Source: a virus (lineage: Duplodnaviria; Heunggongvirae; Uroviricota; Caudoviricetes). From it: 64,000 nucleotides of DNA. Every line of letters starts with the position of its first letter. Positions within the stretch are counted from its first letter, which is position 1. This document shows, piece by piece, positions 17,221 to 26,756 of the stretch. The position numbers and the translations under genes are program-made. Under the pieces are notes generated by a model. It had not been told where the DNA came from. It did not search any database and was given only the letters and a program-made list of their open reading frames with translations. Location of the stretch: IMG/VR virus record IMGVR_UViG_3300044675_001501, positions 1 through 64,000 of that record; one strand, written 5' to 3'.

Positions 17221-17249
17221 AATAATAAAAATTATACTATAATTATTGT
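17221..17249 (-). promoter_or_regulatory. sigma70 consensus early promoter (TTGACA-N17-TATAAT) for uvsY-uvsW
   Basis: Minus-strand TTGACAttttacaataattatagTATAAT. Confidence 0.65.
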
Positions 17250-17260
17250 AAAATGTCAAA

Positions 17261-17797
17261 TTACAAGAACTTATAGTAGGAGAATCTAAATGTTGCTCTA
17301 CCGATTAAATACTGAACATCTTGTTGAACTGAAGAAAATTGTAAAGAATCAATATTCGTTGGGAACAAGTCAATAAACTCAACAGTTTGTGATGGTCTGT
17401 TATTGTTAGTGAGGATAGTTAGCGTTGCGTCTGAGTAGTTGCTTGCTAGTTCATTAAGTTGACCACGTTGCTCTTCTGTTAGAAATGATGTATATTGAGT
17501 GTAAGATTCTGGGAATCCTAATGCAACAAGCCAATTATAAACAGACTTGTAGTTAGCCATATCTTCGTCAACCAAGAACTGAATAGTTAATTGATCATAA
17601 GTTAGTGTTTCACCTGGAATCGGAACTCTAGCAAATGGGTTAACGAATTCAGGATCACCTAGAGTTATTCCTGGTAAATTAACTTCTTGACAAAAGAATG
17701 ATAGTGCTGGTAATTTTTGAATAGAAAACTGAAACCCTACTGGCGACAGAGGGTTTATATTATCTGGTGTCGGGCAAGTAAAAATTCTGTTAGACAT
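17261..17797 (-). CDS. 3: putative tail completion/sheath stabiliser gp3
   Basis: 178 aa (T4 gp3 is 176 aa). It sits immediately after gp23 as in cyanomyovirus gene order (g23-g3-uvsY-uvsW), and has its own late promoter. No sequence check was possible. Confidence 0.4.
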   Translation of the reverse strand: MSNRIFTCPTPDNINPLSPVGFQFSIQKLPALSFFCQEVNLPGITLGDPEFVNPFARVPIPGETLTYDQLTIQFLVDEDMANYKSVYNWLVALGFPESYTQYTSFLTEEQRGQLNELASNYSDATLTILTNNNRPSQTVEFIDLFPTNIDSLQFSSVQQDVQYLIGRATFRFSYYKFL

Positions 17798-17823
17798 AAT
17801 TCACCTATTAATTGTAGTATCAC

Positions 17824-17831
17824 TATTTATA
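17824..17831 (-). promoter_or_regulatory. T4-type late promoter TATAAATA about 27 nt upstream of the gp3 ATG
   Basis: Exact TATAAATA on the minus strand. Confidence 0.55.
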
Positions 17832-17834
17832 ATG

Positions 17835-17862
17835 AAAAAAAGGAGGGACGAAAGTCCCTCCT
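17835..17862 (-). terminator. rho-independent terminator after gp23 (ggagggac-GAAA-gtccctcc followed by U7)
   Basis: 8-bp GC-rich perfect stem, a GNRA tetraloop, and a 7-U run on the minus-strand transcript. Confidence 0.8.
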
Positions 17863-17903
17863 TAAAACGCTACTCTTAGGTGGTAGCTTCGTAACCTTAA
17901 AAA

Positions 17904-19211
17904 TTACATTAGGTTAGAAACGAATACCTTACGGAAGTAGTAGTTACTTGCTGACTGTAGGTTTGAACCATTTCCGTCTAGTTGAACGAATGGGTTAGAA
18001 ACCATACCGTAGCGAGTCTTGAAGCCAATCTTAGGCTGGAAGCTCTCTGGATCAACTGCACGAACCAACTGTAGTGGAACGTATGGGCAGTAGAATAGAC
18101 CAGCGTCGAATGCGGAAGCACCCTTATAGCCAACCATGAAGAATTGGTTGTTACCACCGTTACCTGCATATGGATCAACATATACACGGAAACGACCGTT
18201 TAGAACACCTGCGAAGGTAGTTGATGCTTCATCGATTGCTAGACCTTTGTTTGCTTCTAGAGCTGGAGTGTAATCTAGTACACCTGCCATTGCTAGAGCA
18301 GAAGCAACATCAGAAGAACAAACGATAAAGTTACCCTTACCACGACGTGTTTGCTGAGCAATTACGTTAGCATCACGTTCGATTTGGAACATTAGTCCCT
18401 TGAACTTTTCAACGCTCCAACGACCATTAGCGTCAACGTCTAGGTCAAAAGTACCTGCTGATGCTGTACCAGCTTGTGCACCTGGCTTAGCAACTTTGTA
18501 AACAGTACGGATGACTTCACGGTTGATTTCAGCAAGAATCTCAGTTGAGAGAATGTTGCTTAGTTCGCCTTCAGCATCTAGACCATGAACGCTCTTTAGA
18601 TCTTGAGCAAGTTCAATAGTGTATTCTGCTTTTAGAGCACGGCTCTTAGCAGTAACACTGGTCTTTTCGATTGAGAAAGACATCTCGTTGAAAGTACCGT
18701 CACCAGTACCACCAGCGCCTAATGCTTCAGCAGCAGCGGTTGTTAGACCAGTACCGTTGGTAGCATTGTTAGCTGTTGGTTCACCAGTTGAGTGAGTACC
18801 TGTACCAGAGAAATCTGTATCTGCTTCGTTGAAGAGAGCTTCAGTACCATTTTGTGCACTGTAACGGCTCTTCATTGCGAAGATTAGACCTGTTGGTTGT
18901 GTCATTGGCTGAACACCGCAGATGTCATAAGCGATCATCTGTGGCATTGCGCGACGGACTAGGCTGATTAGAACTGGGTCGTAACCTGCCATTTGTGCAT
19001 TAGTACCAGCACCGCCAAGAGCGATACCAGAACCACCTGCGTTAACGTGAGTACCAGTTTCGAAAAGTGCTGACTTTTCTTCTTTAAGAGCCTTTTCTTG
19101 GTTCTCTAGAAGAACTGCAGTAACTTCCTTACGGTAGTTGTCTCTAATTCCTGGCAGAGAGTCATGCTCTAGGATTGGCTGCCATTTCTTTAATAGATCT
19201 TGACGATTCAT
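17904..19211 (-). CDS. 23: major capsid protein gp23
   Basis: 'LLKKWQPILE…VRRAMPQMIAYDICGVQPM…' and the C-terminal 'FQPKIGFKTRYG…' are co-linear with T4 gp23. It is shorter (435 aa) than T4 gp23. Confidence 0.9.
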   Translation of the reverse strand: MNRQDLLKKWQPILEHDSLPGIRDNYRKEVTAVLLENQEKALKEEKSALFETGTHVNAGGSGIALGGAGTNAQMAGYDPVLISLVRRAMPQMIAYDICGVQPMTQPTGLIFAMKSRYSAQNGTEALFNEADTDFSGTGTHSTGEPTANNATNGTGLTTAAAEALGAGGTGDGTFNEMSFSIEKTSVTAKSRALKAEYTIELAQDLKSVHGLDAEGELSNILSTEILAEINREVIRTVYKVAKPGAQAGTASAGTFDLDVDANGRWSVEKFKGLMFQIERDANVIAQQTRRGKGNFIVCSSDVASALAMAGVLDYTPALEANKGLAIDEASTTFAGVLNGRFRVYVDPYAGNGGNNQFFMVGYKGASAFDAGLFYCPYVPLQLVRAVDPESFQPKIGFKTRYGMVSNPFVQLDGNGSNLQSASNYYFRKVFVSNLM

Positions 19212-19234
19212 TTTACTTAACTCCTTGGGTTGAT

Positions 19235-20251
19235 TTACTTCTTAATGGAATTCAAAACTTGCAAGTATGACTTAATAGATGGATCTACGATCTTATCTTC
19301 AGTCAAGGTAACAGCTTCGTCGCTAACGACAGAAGATACTACGCTACTTGTTGTCTTCTTATCACCGAAATAATTTTCGCGAATAGTCTGAAGTTTTGTT
19401 TTAAATGTTTCTTGATTTTCGTAAGATAGTTCTTCAGCTAGACCTTTGAACTTCTCAACTTCTGTGTCGGTTAGACCAGATGTTGCTTCTTCAATAGTCT
19501 TTTGACGAGCCATCTCATCAAGAGTTTTATTCAACGCAACATTCTTTTCAGTAGTTTCGTTTAGTTTATCCTCAAGAGTTGCAATATGCTGTTCCATTTC
19601 TCCTAGAACATCATACTTCTCTTCAGGAACGTCGATGTAGTGCTCTTCAAATAGACCTTTTAGACCACCAACAAAACTTTCAAGAATGTCAGACTTCATA
19701 CCAGATTCAAGGGCAATTTCATTTTGTTCCATCCACTGCTCGACAACGTAGTCGAGATATCCATCAACCTTTTCAACAAGACCCTCTTTTACTTGTTCAA
19801 CTTGTTCTGCAAGTTGAGTTTGGTATTCTTCTTCGATACGTGCTAGTTCTGACTTAACACGTGTCATAACTGCAGCTTCAAAGATTGTTTCTGCTTTCTG
19901 ACGGAATTCTTCTGAGAAGCCTTCTTCGCCATTAAATAAAGCATCTACGTCTTCTTTGACGCTCTTTAGATGAGATCCTTCTGGTGCGGATGCGCCAGCT
20001 GTAACTTTGTTAGCGGTCTTAGAAGTACCACCTTCAGCAGCTTTCTCATCAGTTACTGCGTTTTTCTTATTCTCTGGATTATCTCCAGCGACAGAGGTAA
20101 CGCCATCGGTCTTACCGTTAGCAGCCTCTTCATCTAATTCTTCTTCTACTACTGTAGTTTCGCTGTCTAACTCTTCGGCAACAGTCTCTTCAGCTAATTG
20201 AGCTTTTTTAGATTCTGCCAAGAGTTCAGCAATTTTTTGTTCGATAGACAT
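19235..20251 (-). CDS. 22: prohead core scaffold protein gp22
   Basis: Highly acidic coiled-coil protein. '…LKGLFEEHYIDVPEEKYDVLGEMEQ…' parallels T4 gp22 '…LKELFVEHNVVVPEESVDVVAEMEE…'. Confidence 0.8.
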   Translation of the reverse strand: MSIEQKIAELLAESKKAQLAEETVAEELDSETTVVEEELDEEAANGKTDGVTSVAGDNPENKKNAVTDEKAAEGGTSKTANKVTAGASAPEGSHLKSVKEDVDALFNGEEGFSEEFRQKAETIFEAAVMTRVKSELARIEEEYQTQLAEQVEQVKEGLVEKVDGYLDYVVEQWMEQNEIALESGMKSDILESFVGGLKGLFEEHYIDVPEEKYDVLGEMEQHIATLEDKLNETTEKNVALNKTLDEMARQKTIEEATSGLTDTEVEKFKGLAEELSYENQETFKTKLQTIRENYFGDKKTTSSVVSSVVSDEAVTLTEDKIVDPSIKSYLQVLNSIKK

Positions 20252-20286
20252 CTGTAATCTCCTATTGGAATGATTCTCTAATAAAT

Positions 20287-20294
20287 TATTTATA
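20287..20294 (-). promoter_or_regulatory. T4-type late promoter TATAAATA upstream of gp22
   Basis: Exact TATAAATA on the minus strand, about 36 nt from the gp22 ATG. Confidence 0.5.
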
Positions 20295-20296
20295 AG

Positions 20297-20950
20297 TTAT
20301 TTGATTTTACTTAAAAAGTATTCAAAAGCACGAATCTTCGCTTCCACCAATTGCTTAGAGGATGCTTGTTTAATTGAATGCTTTACAGCATCAATGTGCT
20401 TCTCCACAAAGTTTCCATCAACGTAAATCCATTCTTTACTTTCCATAACTCCACGGACGAAAGCCTCTGGAGCTGAAGGGTCGGCTACGATGTCAGCGGC
20501 AGTAGATAACATAAAGTCATCCTGTACTACTTGGACGCCTTCTTCGTTTTCTTTTAGAGAACCAAGTGCTCTACTAGAAACTCCAAGATTAGCGCCACCG
20601 TCTAACAATCCTTTAGCAATCTGACCCATTGGTGTGTCAAGAATTTTTGCCTTACCAACATAGTTGGTTCCCTCTTTTTTAAGAGAGGTGATTAAATGAG
20701 AAACTCGCTCTAAATTAATGGAAGGGTTTTCAGGATGTCCCAGCTCTCCATATGCACGATTTTTCTCAACGTATTCTTTAATGTAACGATCGACTTCTTT
20801 ATCCATAATGTCTTCTGAATACATACGACCATTACGGTTTACTAATTCTGATTGAAGGAAGATACCTTCAATAAAATATTGTTTACCCTTGCCGAGTTTT
20901 TCCTCAACAATAAGTTTTGGTGTCTCGATAAATTCTCTAATTAGTTTCAT
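20297..20950 (-). CDS. 21: prohead core protease gp21
   Basis: 'AYGELGHPENPSINLERVSHLIT…LDTPMGQIAKGLLDGGANLGVSSRALGSL' closely matches T4 gp21. Confidence 0.9.
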   Translation of the reverse strand: MKLIREFIETPKLIVEEKLGKGKQYFIEGIFLQSELVNRNGRMYSEDIMDKEVDRYIKEYVEKNRAYGELGHPENPSINLERVSHLITSLKKEGTNYVGKAKILDTPMGQIAKGLLDGGANLGVSSRALGSLKENEEGVQVVQDDFMLSTAADIVADPSAPEAFVRGVMESKEWIYVDGNFVEKHIDAVKHSIKQASSKQLVEAKIRAFEYFLSKIK

Positions 20951-20951
20951 T

Positions 20952-21359
20952 TTAGCTTCCTACTGCGTTAGGATTATCATAAGAACCAAATCTAACTGGT
21001 TCGAAAGGAGTATTATATCCATCAACTTTCTTTAGATGCATAACAATACTTCCAGGTCCAGTAAAAGTGGCAATAATATCATGCGTTGATTGATCAGTTA
21101 TCGCCCATTCGGCTTCGACGAACTGATTATTTCCATATAGATCAGCAACAGTTACTGAGTTTCTTTGTAGTTTGATGTTATCATTAGTGCTAGTTAATAC
21201 AGCAGTAATGTAAACAGTTTGAGTTGCGCCAATTGTTTCATTGGTCATTTTTAAATCAGTCTGTAAATCAATAGTAGCTGCGTCTGCTGCAGTTGTTGCT
21301 ACGATTCTAACAATAGCATCAGTTGTAGTTAATTTTGTAACCGTTTTTGTAGCTGCCAT
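20952..21359 (-). CDS. hypothetical protein (135 aa) inserted between gp68 and gp21
   Basis: Thr/Ala-rich, not matched to a T4 head gene. Tightly packed in the head operon. Confidence 0.45.
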   Translation of the reverse strand: MAATKTVTKLTTTDAIVRIVATTAADAATIDLQTDLKMTNETIGATQTVYITAVLTSTNDNIKLQRNSVTVADLYGNNQFVEAEWAITDQSTHDIIATFTGPGSIVMHLKKVDGYNTPFEPVRFGSYDNPNAVGS

Positions 21360-21360
21360 T

Positions 21361-21921
21361 TTATTCCTCTGTTAACAAATCTATCACTTGTAGAAAATTC
21401 TCTTTATTTTCCCTCATATAATCCAACACTTCTTTTTGATCTTTCAATATATTATTTAGATATTCCTGTGTATGCAAATCGATAACTACTTTAGAGCCAT
21501 CAGCTAACACATAATCAATTTTATCTTCAAAAATGCAATCATGTTTGTTTAATTTTCTGATTGCTTGAACTGTTGAATCAACGGTAAAAACCTTAGAAGA
21601 GGCGAGATCAATATAATGTTCTAGTATATTATCTGTAACTTTTATATTGTGCTCTTCTTTTATTATTGACGCGATCTTATTTTCTAACACTTCTTCATAG
21701 ATATCTTTAGACACTTCTTGTTCGATATATTGTAACTTATTTTGTTGTCTAAGGTAAGATCTCGCCTCATCTAAGGTCTTGAACTCAGTTTCAACATTGC
21801 TAATAAAGACTTTACCTTCCTCTGTTAAATACAATGGAATGTTAAATGCAGAGCTCTGTTCTACAATTTTCTTCTGTAGAACAGAACCCTTTACTTTATT
21901 AGCGAATTGCTTAAAATACAT
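21361..21921 (-). CDS. 68: putative prohead core protein (gp68 position)
   Basis: Assigned by synteny only (20-67-68-21). Lys/Glu-rich 186-aa protein. Confidence 0.35.
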   Translation of the reverse strand: MYFKQFANKVKGSVLQKKIVEQSSAFNIPLYLTEEGKVFISNVETEFKTLDEARSYLRQQNKLQYIEQEVSKDIYEEVLENKIASIIKEEHNIKVTDNILEHYIDLASSKVFTVDSTVQAIRKLNKHDCIFEDKIDYVLADGSKVVIDLHTQEYLNNILKDQKEVLDYMRENKENFLQVIDLLTEE

Positions 21922-21927
21922 ATTAGA

Positions 21928-22257
21928 TTATTTGGTTTTAGCTTTTTCAGCTGCTTGTTTTTCAGCACGCTTTTTAGCAGCCAAAGCCTCTAGACCAGGA
22001 TTAGTGAAAGCTCCTTCTTTCATGTCTTCCTTCTCGTCTTCATCTTCATCATCTTCTTTTTCATCTTCTTTCTCATCTTCGTCTTCTTCTTTGTCTTTAG
22101 CCTCAGCTACTTGAGAAGCGAACATATTTTTAGCAACTTCTTGTCTAAATGTATCAAGTTTAGTAGCAACTTTATCTGCCATAATACCCTCAAACGCTGC
22201 TTCAATCTCTAAGGTTTTCCCAGAGTCAATTGCATCAATTAGTTGTCTTGCGTTCAT
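21928..22257 (-). CDS. 67: prohead core protein gp67
   Basis: The N-terminus resembles T4 gp67, followed by a poly-acidic DEDEKEDE tract. Position immediately after gp20. Confidence 0.65.
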   Translation of the reverse strand: MNARQLIDAIDSGKTLEIEAAFEGIMADKVATKLDTFRQEVAKNMFASQVAEAKDKEEDEDEKEDEKEDDEDEDEKEDMKEGAFTNPGLEALAAKKRAEKQAAEKAKTK

Positions 22258-23828
22258 TTCTGATCTCCTGTTTGTTGTTCCTCGTCTGGCATATACGCTT
22301 GTTGAGTTTGCGCAGCCATACCTTGTTGCATACCAGCCATCATACCCATACGTTCAGCATGGTCTAAGTGTTCTTCCTCTTCTTCTTCAATCTGACTTTC
22401 AATTTCTTCAATTTCTTTTTCAGATTGTCTAAGGATATTCTTTCTAACCCATTCTTTAGAATAGTATTTACCAACCATCTGATTTTGTTCTAACATCATT
22501 AGAAGGTTAATTCTATTTGTTAGAATTTCAGAATCTTTTAATTCAGCATAGTAGTTATCTTTATGGTAACTAAACTTGATAAGAGGAAGCATATCTGCCC
22601 ACTCATCATCACGAATAATACCTTTAGCTACTAACTGAATCTTTAATGCGTCAGTAAATAAACTTGTAAATCTCTTACGAATACGTTGGATGAATTTATT
22701 AAATTTAACTTCATCTCTAGTAATCTCGCTGCTCTTGCCAAGATTAAATCCATTATCGGATTGCATTCTAGTAGCAGGAACATTCAATGCTTGATATAGT
22801 TTACGTTGGAAATATTCAATATCTTGAATTTCTCCAAGATTGGTGCCTCCAGGTAGAGTAGTAATTTCAGTACCCTTACCACCTTCACGACGTGGCATCC
22901 AAAAATCTTCAAGCATCGACATATGTTTTCTGTCGTCACGAACTTCGCCAGTACTAGCATCATACTGTATCTTATTGCGAAACTTATTCATAATATCATT
23001 GACGTATTGCTCAGCTCTAATCTTAGGCAAGTTACCTACGTCAATGTAAAAAATTCTACGCTCAGGTGCTCTACTAATACGATAGATAACCAAAGCATCT
23101 TCCATAAACTTCAACTGGTTAGTTGGCTTAATTGCTTTATGCAAATAACTTAAAACCATACCAGTGTTAGAATCTAAGAATCCAGAATGAGCATATATTA
23201 CAGAATCTATAGAGAGTTTAACTCCCTGAACATTATTCTCTGTAATACCTTTATCATTATAGATATAGTATTCCTCAACTTCTTTAACAACCTCAACACC
23301 GTTAGGTTGTCTTTCCTTCTTAATATTCTTGACCTTGCGAATCTTTCTTGGGTCAATATAACGAAGTTCTACGATACCTTCTTTAACTTTATTTGGATCA
23401 ATCAGTATATGATAGAATAATCTTCCATCAACATACCAAGATCTAAAGATATCATGCGATCTAGTTTGAAAATCTAATAGCTGAAGAACAGTAGAGAACT
23501 CTTCTCTAATTTTAGACTTGATACCAGTTGATACTTTTAAGTCATCTAAGACAATATCAACTGGCATCTTGTTTTCATCTGCTACGATCGACTCATTAAC
23601 AATATCTTCAATAGCGCTGTCTACATCTGCATACTGTGCGATTTCACGGTAACGACGGATTAGATCATTTTCATTTTTAATGATCGAATCCATATCAAGC
23701 ACCATGCTATAATAAGCAGCAGCACTTGATATGGTCGTTGCGCCATCGTCTTGAGCTGGAGCAACTACACTAGGTACTTGCTTCTCAATACTCTTGCGCT
23801 TTATCTCAAAGCCAAAAAACTCAGCCAT
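22254..23828 (-). CDS. 20: portal vertex protein gp20
   Basis: 524 aa, the same length as T4 gp20. '…FRSWYVDGRLFYHILIDPNKVKEGIVELRYIDPRK…' matches T4 gp20. Confidence 0.95.
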   Translation of the reverse strand: MAEFFGFEIKRKSIEKQVPSVVAPAQDDGATTISSAAAYYSMVLDMDSIIKNENDLIRRYREIAQYADVDSAIEDIVNESIVADENKMPVDIVLDDLKVSTGIKSKIREEFSTVLQLLDFQTRSHDIFRSWYVDGRLFYHILIDPNKVKEGIVELRYIDPRKIRKVKNIKKERQPNGVEVVKEVEEYYIYNDKGITENNVQGVKLSIDSVIYAHSGFLDSNTGMVLSYLHKAIKPTNQLKFMEDALVIYRISRAPERRIFYIDVGNLPKIRAEQYVNDIMNKFRNKIQYDASTGEVRDDRKHMSMLEDFWMPRREGGKGTEITTLPGGTNLGEIQDIEYFQRKLYQALNVPATRMQSDNGFNLGKSSEITRDEVKFNKFIQRIRKRFTSLFTDALKIQLVAKGIIRDDEWADMLPLIKFSYHKDNYYAELKDSEILTNRINLLMMLEQNQMVGKYYSKEWVRKNILRQSEKEIEEIESQIEEEEEEHLDHAERMGMMAGMQQGMAAQTQQAYMPDEEQQTGDQK

Positions 23829-23851
23829 ACTATAAAATCCTCAAGTTATAA

Positions 23852-24445
23852 TTAGATACGAATTGGTAGCGAACCAATAGGTGTGTCAACAGATACATTA
23901 ACTCCAATGCCACTGCTAGTAGCTGTATTAGATGTCCAGTAGTTGTATTGGAACTCTACTGTAAATTCTTCAACAGCGTTAGTTGTGTCGAAGTTCAATT
24001 CAATTGCGCCGATACTAATTGGATACGCATCAACAAACTTGTAAGTTTTAACGATAGCACCGCTACGATCTAACTGATGAACTGTTAGGTCGGTTTGGTA
24101 TTCACGTGGGTTAGTTCTACCGTTTGTTGTTGCTAAGTTTTGTACTCCATTTGACCATACTTCCATCGCATTGCGAATAGTAAATGTAGTGTCATTTAGA
24201 ATAGTTACTGACCATGGGGCGAAGGTACGCTCACCAGCTACGTTAACAACACGACCACGATAGTTTAGTGGGATGTTCTCAACGGTTGATGCTGGCAACT
24301 GAGCACCTTTACACATAAACTGCGCTTGTTGCCCTACTAAAACACCAGCGGTAACGTAAGATGGGAATGATAACTCAACTCTAAATTGGTTAGCACGTGC
24401 ACCACCTCCGATAAGCTGCGCTTTAAAATCTGAAATGTTTGCCAT
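23852..24445 (-). CDS. 19: tail tube protein gp19
   Basis: 'ANQFRVELSF…NVAGERTF…' parallels T4 gp19 'PNLFQVEISY…NVAGDRTF…'. Confidence 0.85.
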   Translation of the reverse strand: MANISDFKAQLIGGGARANQFRVELSFPSYVTAGVLVGQQAQFMCKGAQLPASTVENIPLNYRGRVVNVAGERTFAPWSVTILNDTTFTIRNAMEVWSNGVQNLATTNGRTNPREYQTDLTVHQLDRSGAIVKTYKFVDAYPISIGAIELNFDTTNAVEEFTVEFQYNYWTSNTATSSGIGVNVSVDTPIGSLPIRI

Positions 24446-24477
24446 TTAAATCTCCTGTTGTGACTTCTTTATATTAT

Positions 24478-26670
24478 TTATCCACCAATTTCATCAAAGT
24501 TTACAGCTGAACGAGCAGCTACAAAGGTTAGAGTAATGAAGTTGATAGAACGGTTTGGTTTGATAAAGATTTCAGCAACAAACTCGTTACGGTCAACGAC
24601 CTCAGCTGTATTGTTGGAATCGTCACACTTAACACGGAAATCTATAATACCACGACGACCTTGAACGTCACGTAGGAATGGTTCAACTAGATTACGGAAC
24701 TGAGCACGTGTAAAACTGTCGTTGAATTCAAACAACTGGAACTTCGCTGCAGTTGAAATAGATTTCTCAAGAGTAATGAATAGGCGACGAACGTTGATGC
24801 GATCAAATGCGCTTGGCTTAGATAGCATTGTCTTATCACCGAACAGAACAGTACCTTGTCCTGGGAATGTAACAACTGGATTAATACCTGCTTTGTAAAG
24901 AGTGTCACGCTCAGTCTTGCTTGGTGTAACAGCCAATTTAATAACATTCTTAACCTGACCACGAGTAAATCCACCTGGAGAGAACCATGGGTCAGCAGTA
25001 AAGTCAGTTCTTGCGCAAATACCAGCGATGTCACCGTTTAGTGGAACATAACGATACTTGTCGTTATAACGGTCATACTGATACTTGTAACCAGAATCAC
25101 AAACTGCGTAGCTGCTACTTGGTAGAGCATTGCGATATGCGATTAATTCATCAACATAATCTGCAGTTTGTTGTGTGATTGGATCGCCGTTACCCATTTG
25201 TGGAGAAACGAATACGATACAATCTTTTCTAAATTCTGCAACGTTGTTGATAACCCAAGTTGCAACAGCAGTAGAAGCTGCGCCTACTGGAATTAATGAG
25301 ATGTCATATAGTTCATCATTTTTAAAGATCTCATATCCAGCTTGTAGAGCTGCGTCAGATACGCTAAAGTCATCAACACCACCAGATAGTGTAGAAGTTT
25401 GAGCTGCTGTTAGTGCCTTAAATGCAGAACTTGTCATGTTTTCGATACGAACACCCCAAGCATTTCCTGTGTTAGCGATAGCAGTTGGGTGATCCATCCA
25501 CCACACATACTTAGATGATTGATTCATAACATCTCTGTAGTATGCGTTAGAACCATCAACACGCTTTGCGCCATCAGCTTTAGAAACGTAAGAATACTTT
25601 TCTAGAGTAGAACCAGCAACACCAGTCCATAGACCTAGAGAGTCGATAACGATAATATGAACTTCGTCTAATGCTGCGTTCTTGCCGTTATTAGTAGCCC
25701 ATGGCGATGTTCCTGGAGCAGTATCAAATTCTGCTTTATATGTCCAAGTATCGAATGTTGCGCTGTCGGCGATAGAAACTGTAATTGAGTTTCCTAGAGC
25801 ACCTGGGAATTTCGCAGCCCAGCTACCAACTAGACCTTGACCAGTTGAGTATGCTGCTAGATATTCTTCAGTGTTTTTAATTTTAACACCAGCTGTTGTA
25901 ACTGTTGCTGTTGCTGTTGCGCCAGTACCGTTACCACCAGTTACGTTTACTGTTGGTGCAGTGCTATAACCAGTACCTGCTGTTCCAACAGAGATAGAAG
26001 CAACTGCGAAACCAAGAGTTGCTGTTGCTGTTGCGATAGAAGTGATAGTGTCGCCAGCATCTGGAGTAATAACTACTGTTGGTGCGCTGGTATAACCAGA
26101 ACCACCTGCTGTTACGTTAATTGCAGTAACTGCGCCACCAGAAACAGTTGCTGTTGCAGTAGCACCTGTACCACCACCGCCAGTAAAGGTAATAGTAGGA
26201 GCAGTAGTATATCCTGCGCCACCACCTGATACTGCTATTGTCTTAACAGCACCTGCTGTTGCTAGAGTAGCAGTAGCAACTGCTTGAACGCCACCAGAAA
26301 TATCTGGTGCTGCGATAGCAACCACTGGTGCGCTAGTATAACCTGTTCCACCTGCACTAAGCGCTACTCCAACAGAACCAGTCTTAACAGCAACTGCGTT
26401 TCTTAGGTTTGGCGAATCAATACGGACGGTCAAAAGGTTGTTTGCGTATGATAAAAAGTTGGCAGCTACTAAAAATGACTGCCAGTTTGCATCTGTTGGT
26501 TTTCCAAAACGATCTGCTAGACTGTTTTCTGAGGAAACTTGAACTGGGTCAAGAACTGGACCCCACTGGAATGATCCAGCAAACGCTCCTGCAGAAGTAG
26601 AAACCGCTGGAACAATTGAAGAGAAATCTTTCTCTACAACTGAAACTCCTGGACTAAGTTGGAAAGGCAT
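24478..26670 (-). CDS. 18: tail sheath protein gp18 with an inserted GYT-APT repeat domain
   Basis: N-terminal (…FQWGPV…) and C-terminal (…[11 protein letters not shown]…[27 protein letters not shown]…) regions are co-linear with T4 gp18. Residues ~95-245 consist of about 5 repeats of '…GG(S/A)GYT(S/T)APT(V/I)…TG…ATATV'. Confidence 0.9.
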   Translation of the reverse strand: MPFQLSPGVSVVEKDFSSIVPAVSTSAGAFAGSFQWGPVLDPVQVSSENSLADRFGKPTDANWQSFLVAANFLSYANNLLTVRIDSPNLRNAVAVKTGSVGVALSAGGTGYTSAPVVAIAAPDISGGVQAVATATLATAGAVKTIAVSGGGAGYTTAPTITFTGGGGTGATATATVSGGAVTAINVTAGGSGYTSAPTVVITPDAGDTITSIATATATLGFAVASISVGTAGTGYSTAPTVNVTGGNGTGATATATVTTAGVKIKNTEEYLAAYSTGQGLVGSWAAKFPGALGNSITVSIADSATFDTWTYKAEFDTAPGTSPWATNNGKNAALDEVHIIVIDSLGLWTGVAGSTLEKYSYVSKADGAKRVDGSNAYYRDVMNQSSKYVWWMDHPTAIANTGNAWGVRIENMTSSAFKALTAAQTSTLSGGVDDFSVSDAALQAGYEIFKNDELYDISLIPVGAASTAVATWVINNVAEFRKDCIVFVSPQMGNGDPITQQTADYVDELIAYRNALPSSSYAVCDSGYKYQYDRYNDKYRYVPLNGDIAGICARTDFTADPWFSPGGFTRGQVKNVIKLAVTPSKTERDTLYKAGINPVVTFPGQGTVLFGDKTMLSKPSAFDRINVRRLFITLEKSISTAAKFQLFEFNDSFTRAQFRNLVEPFLRDVQGRRGIIDFRVKCDDSNNTAEVVDRNEFVAEIFIKPNRSINFITLTFVAARSAVNFDEIGG

Positions 26671-26756
26671 TGTAATTCTCCTTATTACATTTTACATGTT
26701 ATTCTTTTGCTTTGAAGAGCACAAACTTCATAAGATTATTTATTAAAATCGGTATT

